DNA of 39,992 nucleotides. Source: Burkholderiaceae bacterium. GTDB lineage: Bacteria; Pseudomonadota; Gammaproteobacteria; Burkholderiales; Burkholderiaceae_C. The notes below the pieces were generated by a model, which worked only from the letters and a program-made list of their open reading frames with translations, was not told the origin of the DNA and made no database searches. A program made the position numbers and the translations under genes. This document shows positions 16,131 through 24,820 of the stretch, in pieces (within the stretch, counting starts at the first letter, position 1; every line of letters begins with the position of its first letter). Location of the stretch: NCBI GenBank assembly GCA_036279795.1, contig DASUIK010000143.1:1-39992 (forward strand), given 5' to 3'.

Positions 16131-18470
16131 ATGCAAAAAATCATCGCGCAGATTGCGCAGGAGATCAAAGTCCAGCCCCGTCAGGTGCTGGCCGCCGTGG
16201 AACTGCTGGACGGTGGGGCCACGGTGCCCTTCATCGCCCGCTACCGCAAGGAGGTCACCGATGGCCTCGACGACATCCAGTTGCGTGAACTCGAAGCTCG
16301 TCTGAGCTACCTTCGCGAATTGGAAGACCGCCGCGAGGCTGTGCTCAAGAGCATTGCGGATCAGGGCAAGTTGACGCCCGAATTGCACGCCGCGATTGCC
16401 GCTGCGCCCACCAAGCAGGAACTGGAAGACCTCTACCTGCCCTACAAGCCCAAGCGCCGCACCAAGGGCATGATCGCCCGCGAAGCCGGCATCGAGCCGC
16501 TGGCCGACAAACTGTTGGCCGACCCATCGCTGGACCCGAACGCCGAGGCCCAGGCCTTTCTGGTGCCGGCTGGCAAGGTGGAGGGGGCTGATTTCACGAC
16601 CACTGCCGCCGTGCTGGACGGCGTGCGCGACATCCTCTCCGAGCGCTGGGCCGAGGACGCCGCGCTGGTACAGAAACTGCGCGAGTGGCTGTGGGCCGAA
16701 GGTTTGTTCACCAGCAAACTGGCCGCCGGCAAAAACGAGAACGACCCCGAGATTGCCAAGTTCCGCGACTACTTCGACTACGACGAACCCATCGGCCGTG
16801 TGCCCTCGCACCGCGCGCTTGCTGTGTTTCGTGGCCGCGCGCTGGAGCTTCTGGACGCCAAGTTGGTCTTGCCGGAAGTACCTGAGCCGGGCAAGCCCAG
16901 CATCGCCGAGGGCAAGATTGCCTTGCACCTGGGCTGGGGCCACAAAGGTCGCCCGGCCGACGACTTGCTGCGCAAGTGCGTGGCCTGGACCTGGCGCGTC
17001 AAACTCAGCTTGTCCACCGAGCGCGACCTGTTCGCCCGCCTGCGCGAAGAGGCCGAGAAGGTGGCCATCAAGGTGTTTGCCGACAACCTGCGCGACCTGC
17101 TGCTGGCCGCGCCCGCCGGCCCGCGTGTGGTGATGGGGTTGGACCCCGGCATCCGAACCGGCGTGAAGGTGGCGGTGGTCGATGCCACGGGCAAGCTGGT
17201 CGATACCGCCACGGTGTATCCACACGAGCCGCGCCGCGACTGGGACGGTTCACTGCACACCCTGGGCCGCCTGGTGGAGAAACACGGCGTCAACCTGATC
17301 GCGATTGGCAACGGCACCGCCAGCCGCGAGACCGACAAGCTGGCCGGCGAGCTCATCAAGCTGCTGGCCAAGGTGGAGCGCACGGTGGAGAAGGTGGTGG
17401 TGAGCGAGGCCGGTGCGTCGGTGTACTCCGCCAGCGAATACGCCAGCCAGGAAATGCCGGATGTGGACGTGAGCCTGCGCGGCGCCGCATCGATTGCCCG
17501 CCGCCTGCAGGACCCGCTGGCCGAGCTGGTCAAGATCGATCCCAAGAGCATCGGCGTGGGCCAGTACCAGCACGATGTGAACCAGAGCGAACTGGCCCGC
17601 ACGCTGGACGCTGTGGTGGAAGACTGTGTGAACGGCGTGGGTGTGGACCTGAACACCGCCAGCGTGCCTTTGCTCACCCGCGTGTCGGGCCTGTCGGGCA
17701 GCGTGGCCAAGGCCGTGGTGCGCTGGCGCGAAGCCAATGGCGCGTTCAAAAGCCGCAAGCAGTTGATGGACGTGAGTGGCCTGGGCGCGAAGACTTTTGA
17801 GCAGTCGGCCGGCTTCTTGCGCATCCGGGGTGGCGACAACCCGCTGGACATGACCGGCGTGCACCCTGAAACCTACCCGGTGGTGGAAGCCATCATCGAA
17901 AAAACCGGTAAGCCGGTTGCCGAGCTGATGGGCCGCGCCGACATGCTCAAGACGCTCAAGCCCGAGCTGTTCGCCAACGAAAAGTTTGGTGTCATCACGG
18001 TCAAGGACATCCTGGGCGAGCTGGAAAAGCCGGGCCGCGATCCGCGCCCCGATTTCAAGGTGGCGCGTTTCAACGACGGTGTGGAAGACATCAAGGACTT
18101 GGTGGAGGGCATGGTGCTGGAAGGCACGGTGAGCAACGTGGCCCAGTTCGGCGCCTTCATCGACCTGGGCGTGCACCAGGACGGCCTGGTGCACGTGAGC
18201 CAGTTGAGCCACAAGTTCGTGAACGATGCGCGCGAAGTCGTCAAGACGGGCGACATCGTCAAGGTCAAGGTGATGGAGGTGGACGTGGCGCGCAAACGCA
18301 TCGGCCTGTCCATGAAGCTGGACGCCGCGCCTGCCCGCCGCGACGGCCCGCGCGAGAACCGCTTTGAAGGGGCGGGGCGCGGCCAGCAGGCGCAGCGCGG
18401 GCGTGATGCCTTGCCCCAGGGCAGCGCCATGGCCTCGGCCTTTGCCAAATTGCAGGGGCTCAAGCGCTGA
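16131..18470 (+). CDS. tex: Tex transcription accessory protein
   Basis: GATVPFIARYRKE, LDPGIRTGVK, IAIGNGTASRET, IGVGQYQHDV, HhH motifs and a C-terminal S1 domain (FGAFIDLGVHQDGLVHVS). Confidence 0.96.
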   Translation: MQKIIAQIAQEIKVQPRQVLAAVELLDGGATVPFIARYRKEVTDGLDDIQLRELEARLSYLRELEDRREAVLKSIADQGKLTPELHAAIAAAPTKQELEDLYLPYKPKRRTKGMIAREAGIEPLADKLLADPSLDPNAEAQAFLVPAGKVEGADFTTTAAVLDGVRDILSERWAEDAALVQKLREWLWAEGLFTSKLAAGKNENDPEIAKFRDYFDYDEPIGRVPSHRALAVFRGRALELLDAKLVLPEVPEPGKPSIAEGKIALHLGWGHKGRPADDLLRKCVAWTWRVKLSLSTERDLFARLREEAEKVAIKVFADNLRDLLLAAPAGPRVVMGLDPGIRTGVKVAVVDATGKLVDTATVYPHEPRRDWDGSLHTLGRLVEKHGVNLIAIGNGTASRETDKLAGELIKLLAKVERTVEKVVVSEAGASVYSASEYASQEMPDVDVSLRGAASIARRLQDPLAELVKIDPKSIGVGQYQHDVNQSELARTLDAVVEDCVNGVGVDLNTASVPLLTRVSGLSGSVAKAVVRWREANGAFKSRKQLMDVSGLGAKTFEQSAGFLRIRGGDNPLDMTGVHPETYPVVEAIIEKTGKPVAELMGRADMLKTLKPELFANEKFGVITVKDILGELEKPGRDPRPDFKVARFNDGVEDIKDLVEGMVLEGTVSNVAQFGAFIDLGVHQDGLVHVSQLSHKFVNDAREVVKTGDIVKVKVMEVDVARKRIGLSMKLDAAPARRDGPRENRFEGAGRGQQAQRGRDALPQGSAMASAFAKLQGLKR

Positions 18471-18547
18471 TCGCGGGCAGCCGCCTGTGTCGTTGCGGCT
18501 GGCTGCGCCTATACTGAAAAACCTCCTCCAGTCCTCCCCCGACGTCC

Positions 18548-19375
18548 ATGGAACTCCAAGCCCTGCTGGCCAAATCCAACGCTTTGCCCAGCATTCCCAA
18601 GGTCGTGTCCGAAGTGTTGTCCGAGCTGGACGCGGACGATCCCAGTCCGCGCAAGATCGGTCAGCTGGTGGCGACCGACCCGGCGCTGACGGCGCGCATG
18701 CTCAAGCTGGCCAATTCGGCTTTCTTCAATGTCACGCGTCAGATCAGCAGCGTGGACGACGCGGTCGGCATCCTGGGTTTTTCGCACGTGCGCACCCTGG
18801 TCACGGCGGTGGCGCTGTCCAGCAGCTTCAAGGCCGTGCCCGGTGTCAACCTTGAGCAGTTCTGGCGGTACAGCCTCAACACGGCCAAGGCCTGCCGGGC
18901 GTTGGCGCCCGGGTTGCGGCTGCACGATGGCGCGTCCTTCACCGCGGGCCTGGTGCATGCGGTGGGTGACCTGGTCATGCATATCGGCATGCCCGATGTG
19001 GTGGCCAAAATCGATTTCAGCGTCGCCCCGCTGGACTTGCACCGCGCTGAAGCCGAGCGCGCCCATCTGGGCTATACCTACGCCGATGTGAGTGCCGGTT
19101 TTGCCAAGAAGTGGGACTTCCCCGACAGCATCGTGCGGGCGCTGCAGCACCAACTGCTGCCGTTCGAAGGCGACATCCACGAACCCATGGCTGGTGTGGT
19201 GCACATGGCTTCGTGGCGCGCCCGCTGCCAAGAGATCAACATGGACCGCGAAGGCCTGACAAAGACCTTCCCAGATGTGGTGGCCATGCTGCTGGGCCTG
19301 GACCTGGAGCAGGTACTGGACAAAGACCCGAGCGAATGGACTTCGGCGGGTGAGCTTTCTGCCTTCCTCAGCTGA
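18548..19375 (+). CDS. Stand-alone HDOD-domain protein
   Basis: LPSIP, DPALTARMLKLANSAFF, FTAGLVHAVG and WDFP. Confidence 0.9.
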   Translation: MELQALLAKSNALPSIPKVVSEVLSELDADDPSPRKIGQLVATDPALTARMLKLANSAFFNVTRQISSVDDAVGILGFSHVRTLVTAVALSSSFKAVPGVNLEQFWRYSLNTAKACRALAPGLRLHDGASFTAGLVHAVGDLVMHIGMPDVVAKIDFSVAPLDLHRAEAERAHLGYTYADVSAGFAKKWDFPDSIVRALQHQLLPFEGDIHEPMAGVVHMASWRARCQEINMDREGLTKTFPDVVAMLLGLDLEQVLDKDPSEWTSAGELSAFLS

Positions 19376-19379
19376 CACC

Positions 19380-20207
19380 ATGGCCGTTTCCGACCCTCGG
19401 CTCCAATCGCTGTTCAAACAACCGCAGGCCTTGCCCTCGGCGCCCGAGGTGGCGGCGCGGCTGATCGCCACGTTCGGGCAGGAAGACGTCGACATCCTGG
19501 CCGTGGCGCGCGACATCGATCGCGACCCAGTGATGGCCGCCAAAGTGCTGCAGCGTGCCAACTCTGCGTTTTTCCGCCTGTTGAGGCCCGTGTCCACCTC
19601 GCGCGACGCCCTCATGGTGCTGGGCCTCAACAAGGTGCGTGCGCTGGTCATCAACACCGCGCTGAACGACTGTTTTCATGCGGTGGGCACGCTCAACCTC
19701 GACCGCTACTGGCGCCACAGCTTGGTGACCGCCACCTTGGCGCGCTACATCGCCTATCCCTTGCGCATGGACGAAAACCTGGCCTTTACTGCCGGGTTGC
19801 TGCATGGCATTGGCGAGTTGGTGCTGCACGCTGGCGTGCCGGAGGCCATGACCGAGATCGACCGCGAGCTGGATCTGCTGGACCCGCGCCGCGCCCAGGC
19901 CGAGCAGCAGCTGCTGGGTTTCAGCCACGCCGAGGCGGGTGCCGAACTGGCGCGCCGCTGGCACTTTCCACAACGCCTGGTGGACGCGCTGGCTCAACAG
20001 GTGTCGCCCCTCGATGCGCCGCAGCCCGAACCCCTGGCGGCGCTGGTGCACCTGGCCGTCTGGCGTGCCTGCATCTACGGCACCCCGGGTGACGCCGACC
20101 GCCTCATCCACACCTACCCCGACGCCCTTGGCCTGGCCATGGGGCTCGACCACGACGTGCTGGTCACTGAAGACGTGCCACCCCTGCGCGAGCTGGAGGC
20201 CTCCTGA
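19380..20207 (+). CDS. Stand-alone HDOD-domain protein (tandem paralog)
   Basis: LPSAP, DPVMAAKVLQRANSAFF, FTAGLLHGIG and WHFP; ATG 4 nt after the upstream stop. Confidence 0.9.
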   Translation: MAVSDPRLQSLFKQPQALPSAPEVAARLIATFGQEDVDILAVARDIDRDPVMAAKVLQRANSAFFRLLRPVSTSRDALMVLGLNKVRALVINTALNDCFHAVGTLNLDRYWRHSLVTATLARYIAYPLRMDENLAFTAGLLHGIGELVLHAGVPEAMTEIDRELDLLDPRRAQAEQQLLGFSHAEAGAELARRWHFPQRLVDALAQQVSPLDAPQPEPLAALVHLAVWRACIYGTPGDADRLIHTYPDALGLAMGLDHDVLVTEDVPPLRELEAS

Positions 20208-21295
20208 GCCACCCGCGCGCCCTGCGCCTGTACGCCGGCCCCGCCGCACTGGGCCACCTGCGGCAAAACGGCCTGGCACCGGCCGACGTGCGCGCCATTC
20301 CGGCCGCCGCCGGTGGCCCCAAAGGCTTGGTGCTGGGGCCGCTGGACCGCTTTCTGTTCGGTGACTGGCTGGCCCGCAGTGGGCAGCCCATCGACCTCGT
20401 CGGCGCCTCCATCGGCGCCTGGCGCATGGCCACGGCCTGCCTGAATGACCCGGTGGCGGCCTTTAACCGCTTGAGCCGCGACTACATCGCCCAGCACTAC
20501 GAGCTGCCCCCGGGGCAGAAGCGCCCACCGCCCGAACTCATCAGCGAACGTTTTGGCGACAGCCTCAAGGCGTTCTACGGAGGGCGGGTGCACGAGGTGC
20601 TCAACCATCCACGCTACCGGCTGCACATCGTCACCTCGCGTGGCCGCCACCTCATGCGGCGCGAAGGCGGTGTTCGTGCGCCGCTGGGCTACCTGGGCGC
20701 CTTGTTGAGCAACGCGGTCCACCGCAAGGCCATGGGTGCCTGGTTGGAGCGGGTGGTGTTCTCCACCGCTCAGGCAGGCCAGCCAGCCGCCTTGCCGTTT
20801 GCCTCCCACGACTACCACACCCGCCACCTGGCCCTGAGCGAGGCCAACTTCATGGACGCGCTGCAGGCCAGTTGCTCCATCCCCTTCGTGCTGCGGGCCG
20901 TTCCCCAAATTGCGGGTGCGCCACCCGGTGCCTATTGGGATGGTGGCATCACCGACTACCACCTGCACCTGGACTACGGCACCCAGCCCGGCATCGTGCT
21001 CTACCCACACTTTCAGAAGCAGGTGGTGCCTGGCTGGCTCGACAAACCCTGGAAGTGGCGCCATCGCGCCAGCCACTTTCTGGACCACATGCTGGTCTTG
21101 GCGCCCGATCCCGAGTGGGTGCGGCGCCTGCCCAACGGCAAGCTGCCCGACCGCAACGACTTCAGCACCTACAGCCACGACCTGCCGGGCCGCATGCAGG
21201 CCTGGAACGGCGCCGTCTCGGCCGCCCAACAACTGGCCGACGAGTTCGCGGAATGGCTGCTGCGGCCTGATCTGGGTCAAGTCTCGGCGCTGTGA
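20204..21295 (+). CDS. Patatin-like phospholipase (probable CTG start at 20204; first canonical start is GTG 20288)
   Basis: AAGGPKG glycine loop, GASIG nucleophile elbow and WDGG catalytic Asp; the reading frame continues upstream as ALRLYAGPAALGHLRQNGL. Confidence 0.82.
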   Translation: MSHPRALRLYAGPAALGHLRQNGLAPADVRAIPAAAGGPKGLVLGPLDRFLFGDWLARSGQPIDLVGASIGAWRMATACLNDPVAAFNRLSRDYIAQHYELPPGQKRPPPELISERFGDSLKAFYGGRVHEVLNHPRYRLHIVTSRGRHLMRREGGVRAPLGYLGALLSNAVHRKAMGAWLERVVFSTAQAGQPAALPFASHDYHTRHLALSEANFMDALQASCSIPFVLRAVPQIAGAPPGAYWDGGITDYHLHLDYGTQPGIVLYPHFQKQVVPGWLDKPWKWRHRASHFLDHMLVLAPDPEWVRRLPNGKLPDRNDFSTYSHDLPGRMQAWNGAVSAAQQLADEFAEWLLRPDLGQVSAL

Positions 21296-21334
21296 CTGGC
21301 GGCGTCCCGGGGGGAGACTGGGATAATTGGGGCC

Positions 21335-22282
21335 ATGGATGCCTTTCTGACCGCCGCCCTCTACAAGTTTGTCGATCTGCCGGATTTTGTGGCCCAACGC
21401 GAGCCACTGCAGCGTTGCTGCGATGACAACGCCGTCAAGGGCACCTTGCTGCTGGCGCGCGAAGGTGTCAACGGCACCATCGCCGGCCCCGAAGCCGGGG
21501 TGCGCGCGGTGCTCGCGCACCTGCGTGCCATTCCGGGCCTGGCCAGCCTGACGCACAAGGAGTCTTGGTCCAGCAAACCGCCGTTCCTTCGCATGAAGGT
21601 GCGCTTGAAAAAAGAGATCGTGACGTTGCGGGTGCCGGAACTCGACCCCAACAAAACCGTGGGACAGTACGTCAAGCCACAGGACTGGAACGCCTTGCTG
21701 GCCGACCCCGATGTGGTGCTCATCGACACCCGCAACGACTACGAGGTCAAGATCGGCACGTTCAAGGGTGCCATCAACCCCGACATCAAGACCTTCACCG
21801 AGTTGCCGGCCTGGATCGACGCGCAGCCTGCGCTGCAGGGCGCCAAAAAACCCAAGGTGGCCATGTTCTGTACCGGTGGCATCCGCTGCGAAAAATCCAC
21901 CGCCTTGATGAAGATGAAGGGCTTTGACGAGGTTTATCACCTGGAAGGCGGCATCCTCAAGTACCTGGAAGAGGTGCCGCCAGAGCAGAGCACCTGGGAC
22001 GGCGAGTGTTTTGTGTTCGACGAGCGCGTGAGCGTGGGCCACGGCCTCAAGCCCGGCCCCTACGAACTTTGCCGCTCCTGCCGCTGGCCCTTGGGGCCGG
22101 AGGACAAGGCCTCCCCGCACTTTGTGAAAGGGGTGAGCTGCCCGCATTGTGTTGATCAGCGCACGCCGGAAGAAAAAGCCCGGCTGGCCGAACGCCAGCG
22201 CCAGGTGGAACTGGCCGAGGCGCGGGGCGAGAGGCATGTGGGCGCGGCCCTCACGCGCCAGCCGGGAGACGCCTCCGGCTGA
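21335..22282 (+). CDS. trhO: Rhodanese-domain tRNA uridine(34) hydroxylase (TrhO/YceA, UPF0176)
   Basis: [48 protein letters not shown] and CFVFDER. Confidence 0.88.
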   Translation: MDAFLTAALYKFVDLPDFVAQREPLQRCCDDNAVKGTLLLAREGVNGTIAGPEAGVRAVLAHLRAIPGLASLTHKESWSSKPPFLRMKVRLKKEIVTLRVPELDPNKTVGQYVKPQDWNALLADPDVVLIDTRNDYEVKIGTFKGAINPDIKTFTELPAWIDAQPALQGAKKPKVAMFCTGGIRCEKSTALMKMKGFDEVYHLEGGILKYLEEVPPEQSTWDGECFVFDERVSVGHGLKPGPYELCRSCRWPLGPEDKASPHFVKGVSCPHCVDQRTPEEKARLAERQRQVELAEARGERHVGAALTRQPGDASG

Positions 22283-22297
22283 CGAGTCCCTGCCGCC

Positions 22298-22588
22298 TCA
22301 GCGCGAAATCTTGCGCTCAACGTTGACCACCACCCCCGCGCGGAAGGTGATGATGGTCAGGGTTTGCGGATCGCGGGGGTGGGGGAAGTAGGTCCAGGAC
22401 TTTTCCTCCGGCAGCCCCCGCTGGTTGCGGATGTAGGCTTCGTGATCGGGTTTGCCGATGCGAAACACCACCTCACCCTCGGGCGTGCCGTTGCTGATCA
22501 AGCCGCGCTCTCGGGCATCAATGGCCCAGGCGGCCGACGCTGCCAGCGTGGCAATGCTCAGCATCAAGGCAGGAGCGAGTGGGTTCAT
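22298..22588 (-). CDS. Small secreted protein (DUF2845/SmpA-OmlA-like fold, tentative)
   Basis: Signal peptide ending AWA; GEVVFRIGKPD, SWTYFP and ITFRAGVVVNVER; GGAGG RBS. Confidence 0.65.
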   Translation of the reverse strand: MNPLAPALMLSIATLAASAAWAIDARERGLISNGTPEGEVVFRIGKPDHEAYIRNQRGLPEEKSWTYFPHPRDPQTLTIITFRAGVVVNVERKISR

Positions 22589-22619
22589 AGAGCCTCCAGT
22601 GTCGGTCGGTTCATGCCAC

Positions 22620-23756
22620 TCACATGGCTTCTTGCAACATGCTGCGGTATTCCTCGGCGCTGGCAATCCGGGGGTTCGTTTTGTGGCAATGGTCGGCCAG
22701 GGCACCTTCGATCACTTTGTCGAAGAGCGACTCGACAACACCCATGGCACGCAGGCCGCCGGGCAGGCCCAGGCGCGCGTTCATGTCGGCGATGGCAGCC
22801 GGGATGTCGCCGCCCGATGTCAAACCCATGGCCTGGGCCATGCGGTTCAGGCGGTCTTCGTTTCGTACCGTTTCGGCGCTGGCGTTGAAACGCACCACGG
22901 CGGGCAGGAACATGGCGTTCAAGGTGCCGTGGTGCAGGCGCGGGTTGACGCCACCCAGGCTGTGGCTCAGCGAGTGCACGCAGCCCAGGCCTTTCTGGAA
23001 AGCCATGGCGCCGTGCATGCTGGCCACCATCATGTTCATGCGGGCCTCCCGGTTGGCGCCGTCGCGTGTGGCGGCTTCGATGTGCGCCCAGCCACGGCGC
23101 AGGCCTTCCAGCGCAATGCCGTCGGCTGGCGGGTTGAAGGCCGGCGCCATGAAGGTTTCCATACAGTGGGCGATGGCGTCCATGCCGGTGGCGGCCGTCA
23201 GCATGGGCGGCAGGCCGAGCGTGAGTTCGGGGTCGAGCAGGGCGGTTTTGGGCACCAGATGCCAGCTGTGGAAACCCAGCTTGCGGCCATCGTCCACGAT
23301 GAGGATGGCACCACGCGCCACTTCGCTGCCGGTGCCGGCGGTGGTGGGCACGGCGATCAGCGGTGGCACGCGGTCGGTGATCTTGGGCGAGCCGCCTTCG
23401 ATGGTGGCGTAGGTTTTGAGCGGGCCTTCGTGGGCCACAGCGATGGCCACCCCCTTGGCGCAGTCGATGGCGCTGCCACCGCCCAGCGCAATCAGTCCGT
23501 CGCAGCCGTGGGCGCGGTAGACCTCGGCGGCGGCGCGCACGGCCGCCTCGGTGGGGTTGGAGGGGGTCTGGTCGAACACGGCGGTGGGCACGCCGGGCAG
23601 GGCGTCGAGCGCCTTGTGCAGGATGCCCACAGCTTTGACGCCCGCGTCGGTGACGATGAGTGGGCGGGTGATGCCTGTGCGGGCGCACTCGGCTGGCAGC
23701 AGCTGGACGGCGCCGAAGTCGATCTGGATGTTGGTGACGTAGAGTATGTTGGCCAT
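22620..23756 (-). CDS. Iron-containing alcohol dehydrogenase (4-hydroxybutyrate dehydrogenase-like)
   Basis: [16 protein letters not shown] and metal ligands DAIAH, HSLSH, HHG; GGAG RBS. Confidence 0.9.
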   Translation of the reverse strand: MANILYVTNIQIDFGAVQLLPAECARTGITRPLIVTDAGVKAVGILHKALDALPGVPTAVFDQTPSNPTEAAVRAAAEVYRAHGCDGLIALGGGSAIDCAKGVAIAVAHEGPLKTYATIEGGSPKITDRVPPLIAVPTTAGTGSEVARGAILIVDDGRKLGFHSWHLVPKTALLDPELTLGLPPMLTAATGMDAIAHCMETFMAPAFNPPADGIALEGLRRGWAHIEAATRDGANREARMNMMVASMHGAMAFQKGLGCVHSLSHSLGGVNPRLHHGTLNAMFLPAVVRFNASAETVRNEDRLNRMAQAMGLTSGGDIPAAIADMNARLGLPGGLRAMGVVESLFDKVIEGALADHCHKTNPRIASAEEYRSMLQEAM

Positions 23757-23857
23757 GGTGTCTCCGGGTTCTGTGCGATTTTTACCTTCAATTTTTGTCA
23801 CTATAAGCGGGCGGCCGAAGGGCCCATGACCGCAGGGTGACAGCTACCATGGCGGCC

Positions 23858-24811
23858 ATGAACCATCCCCACAACCCGCGCGCGCTGCTGACCCCGCTGA
23901 TGCGTGGCGTGATCGACCGCATGGCCCGCCTGGGCAGCACCCCCATGCACGCGCTGACCCCACAGCAAGCCCGCGCGCACTACGAAGCCGGTGCCGGTGT
24001 GCTGGACCTGGCGCCCCACAAGATGGCCCGCGACGAAGCCTTGCAAGTGCCCACCCGCGATGGCGCTCAGTTGCATGCGCGTCTGGTGGCACCTTCGCAC
24101 GACGCCTTACCTGTGCTGCTCTACACCCACGGCGGTGGTTTCACCATCGGCAGCGTGGCCACCCACGACAGCCTGTGCCGCCACCTGGCCCACCTGGCGC
24201 ACTGCGCGGTGGTGTCGCTGGACTACCGACTGGCGCCCGAACACAAGTTCCCCACCGCCGCCAACGATGCTTGGGACGCGCTGCAATGGGTCGCCCGGCA
24301 GGGCAGCGCCCTGGGCCTGGACACCACCCGCCTGGCTGTGGGGGGCGACAGCGCGGGCGGCACGCTGGCCGCCGTCAGCGCCATCGAAGCCCGCCAGGCG
24401 GGTTTGCCCCTGGCGCTGCAGCTGCTGTTCTACCCCGGCACCACCGGCCACCAGGACACGCCTTCGCACAAAACCTTTGCACATGGCTTTGTGCTGGAAG
24501 AGCCACACATCACCTACTTTTTCAACCAATACGTGCGCACGCCTGCCGACCGCGACGATTGGCGTTTTGCCCCGCTGTATGCCGACGACCTGGAGGGCGT
24601 TGCGCCCGCCTGGATAGGCTTGGCCGAATGCGACCCGCTGGTGGACGAAGGCGTGATGTACGCCGACAAGTTGCGCCTGGCCGGCGTGCCGGTGGACCTG
24701 GAGATCTACCGGGGCGTGGTGCACGAATTCATCAAGATGGGGCGGGCCATTCCTGAGGCGCAGCAGGCCCACAACGATGCGGCCCGGGCCTTGCGGCACG
24801 CCTTTGCCTGA
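23858..24811 (+). CDS. HSL-family alpha/beta hydrolase (esterase)
   Basis: HGGG, DYRLAPEH, GDSAGG, CDPL and HEF catalytic motifs. Confidence 0.9.
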   Translation: MNHPHNPRALLTPLMRGVIDRMARLGSTPMHALTPQQARAHYEAGAGVLDLAPHKMARDEALQVPTRDGAQLHARLVAPSHDALPVLLYTHGGGFTIGSVATHDSLCRHLAHLAHCAVVSLDYRLAPEHKFPTAANDAWDALQWVARQGSALGLDTTRLAVGGDSAGGTLAAVSAIEARQAGLPLALQLLFYPGTTGHQDTPSHKTFAHGFVLEEPHITYFFNQYVRTPADRDDWRFAPLYADDLEGVAPAWIGLAECDPLVDEGVMYADKLRLAGVPVDLEIYRGVVHEFIKMGRAIPEAQQAHNDAARALRHAFA

Positions 24812-24820
24812 CGCTGGCGG

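Noticed and set aside
18548-21295. HDOD-HDOD-patatin as an anti-phage (CBASS-like) system
   Set aside because: No nucleotide cyclase or other defence gene; housekeeping neighbours (tex, trhO) and no obvious compositional shift.
20114-22237. 707-aa antisense ORF across patatin and trhO
   Set aside because: Mirrors two well-supported plus-strand genes; no domain signature.
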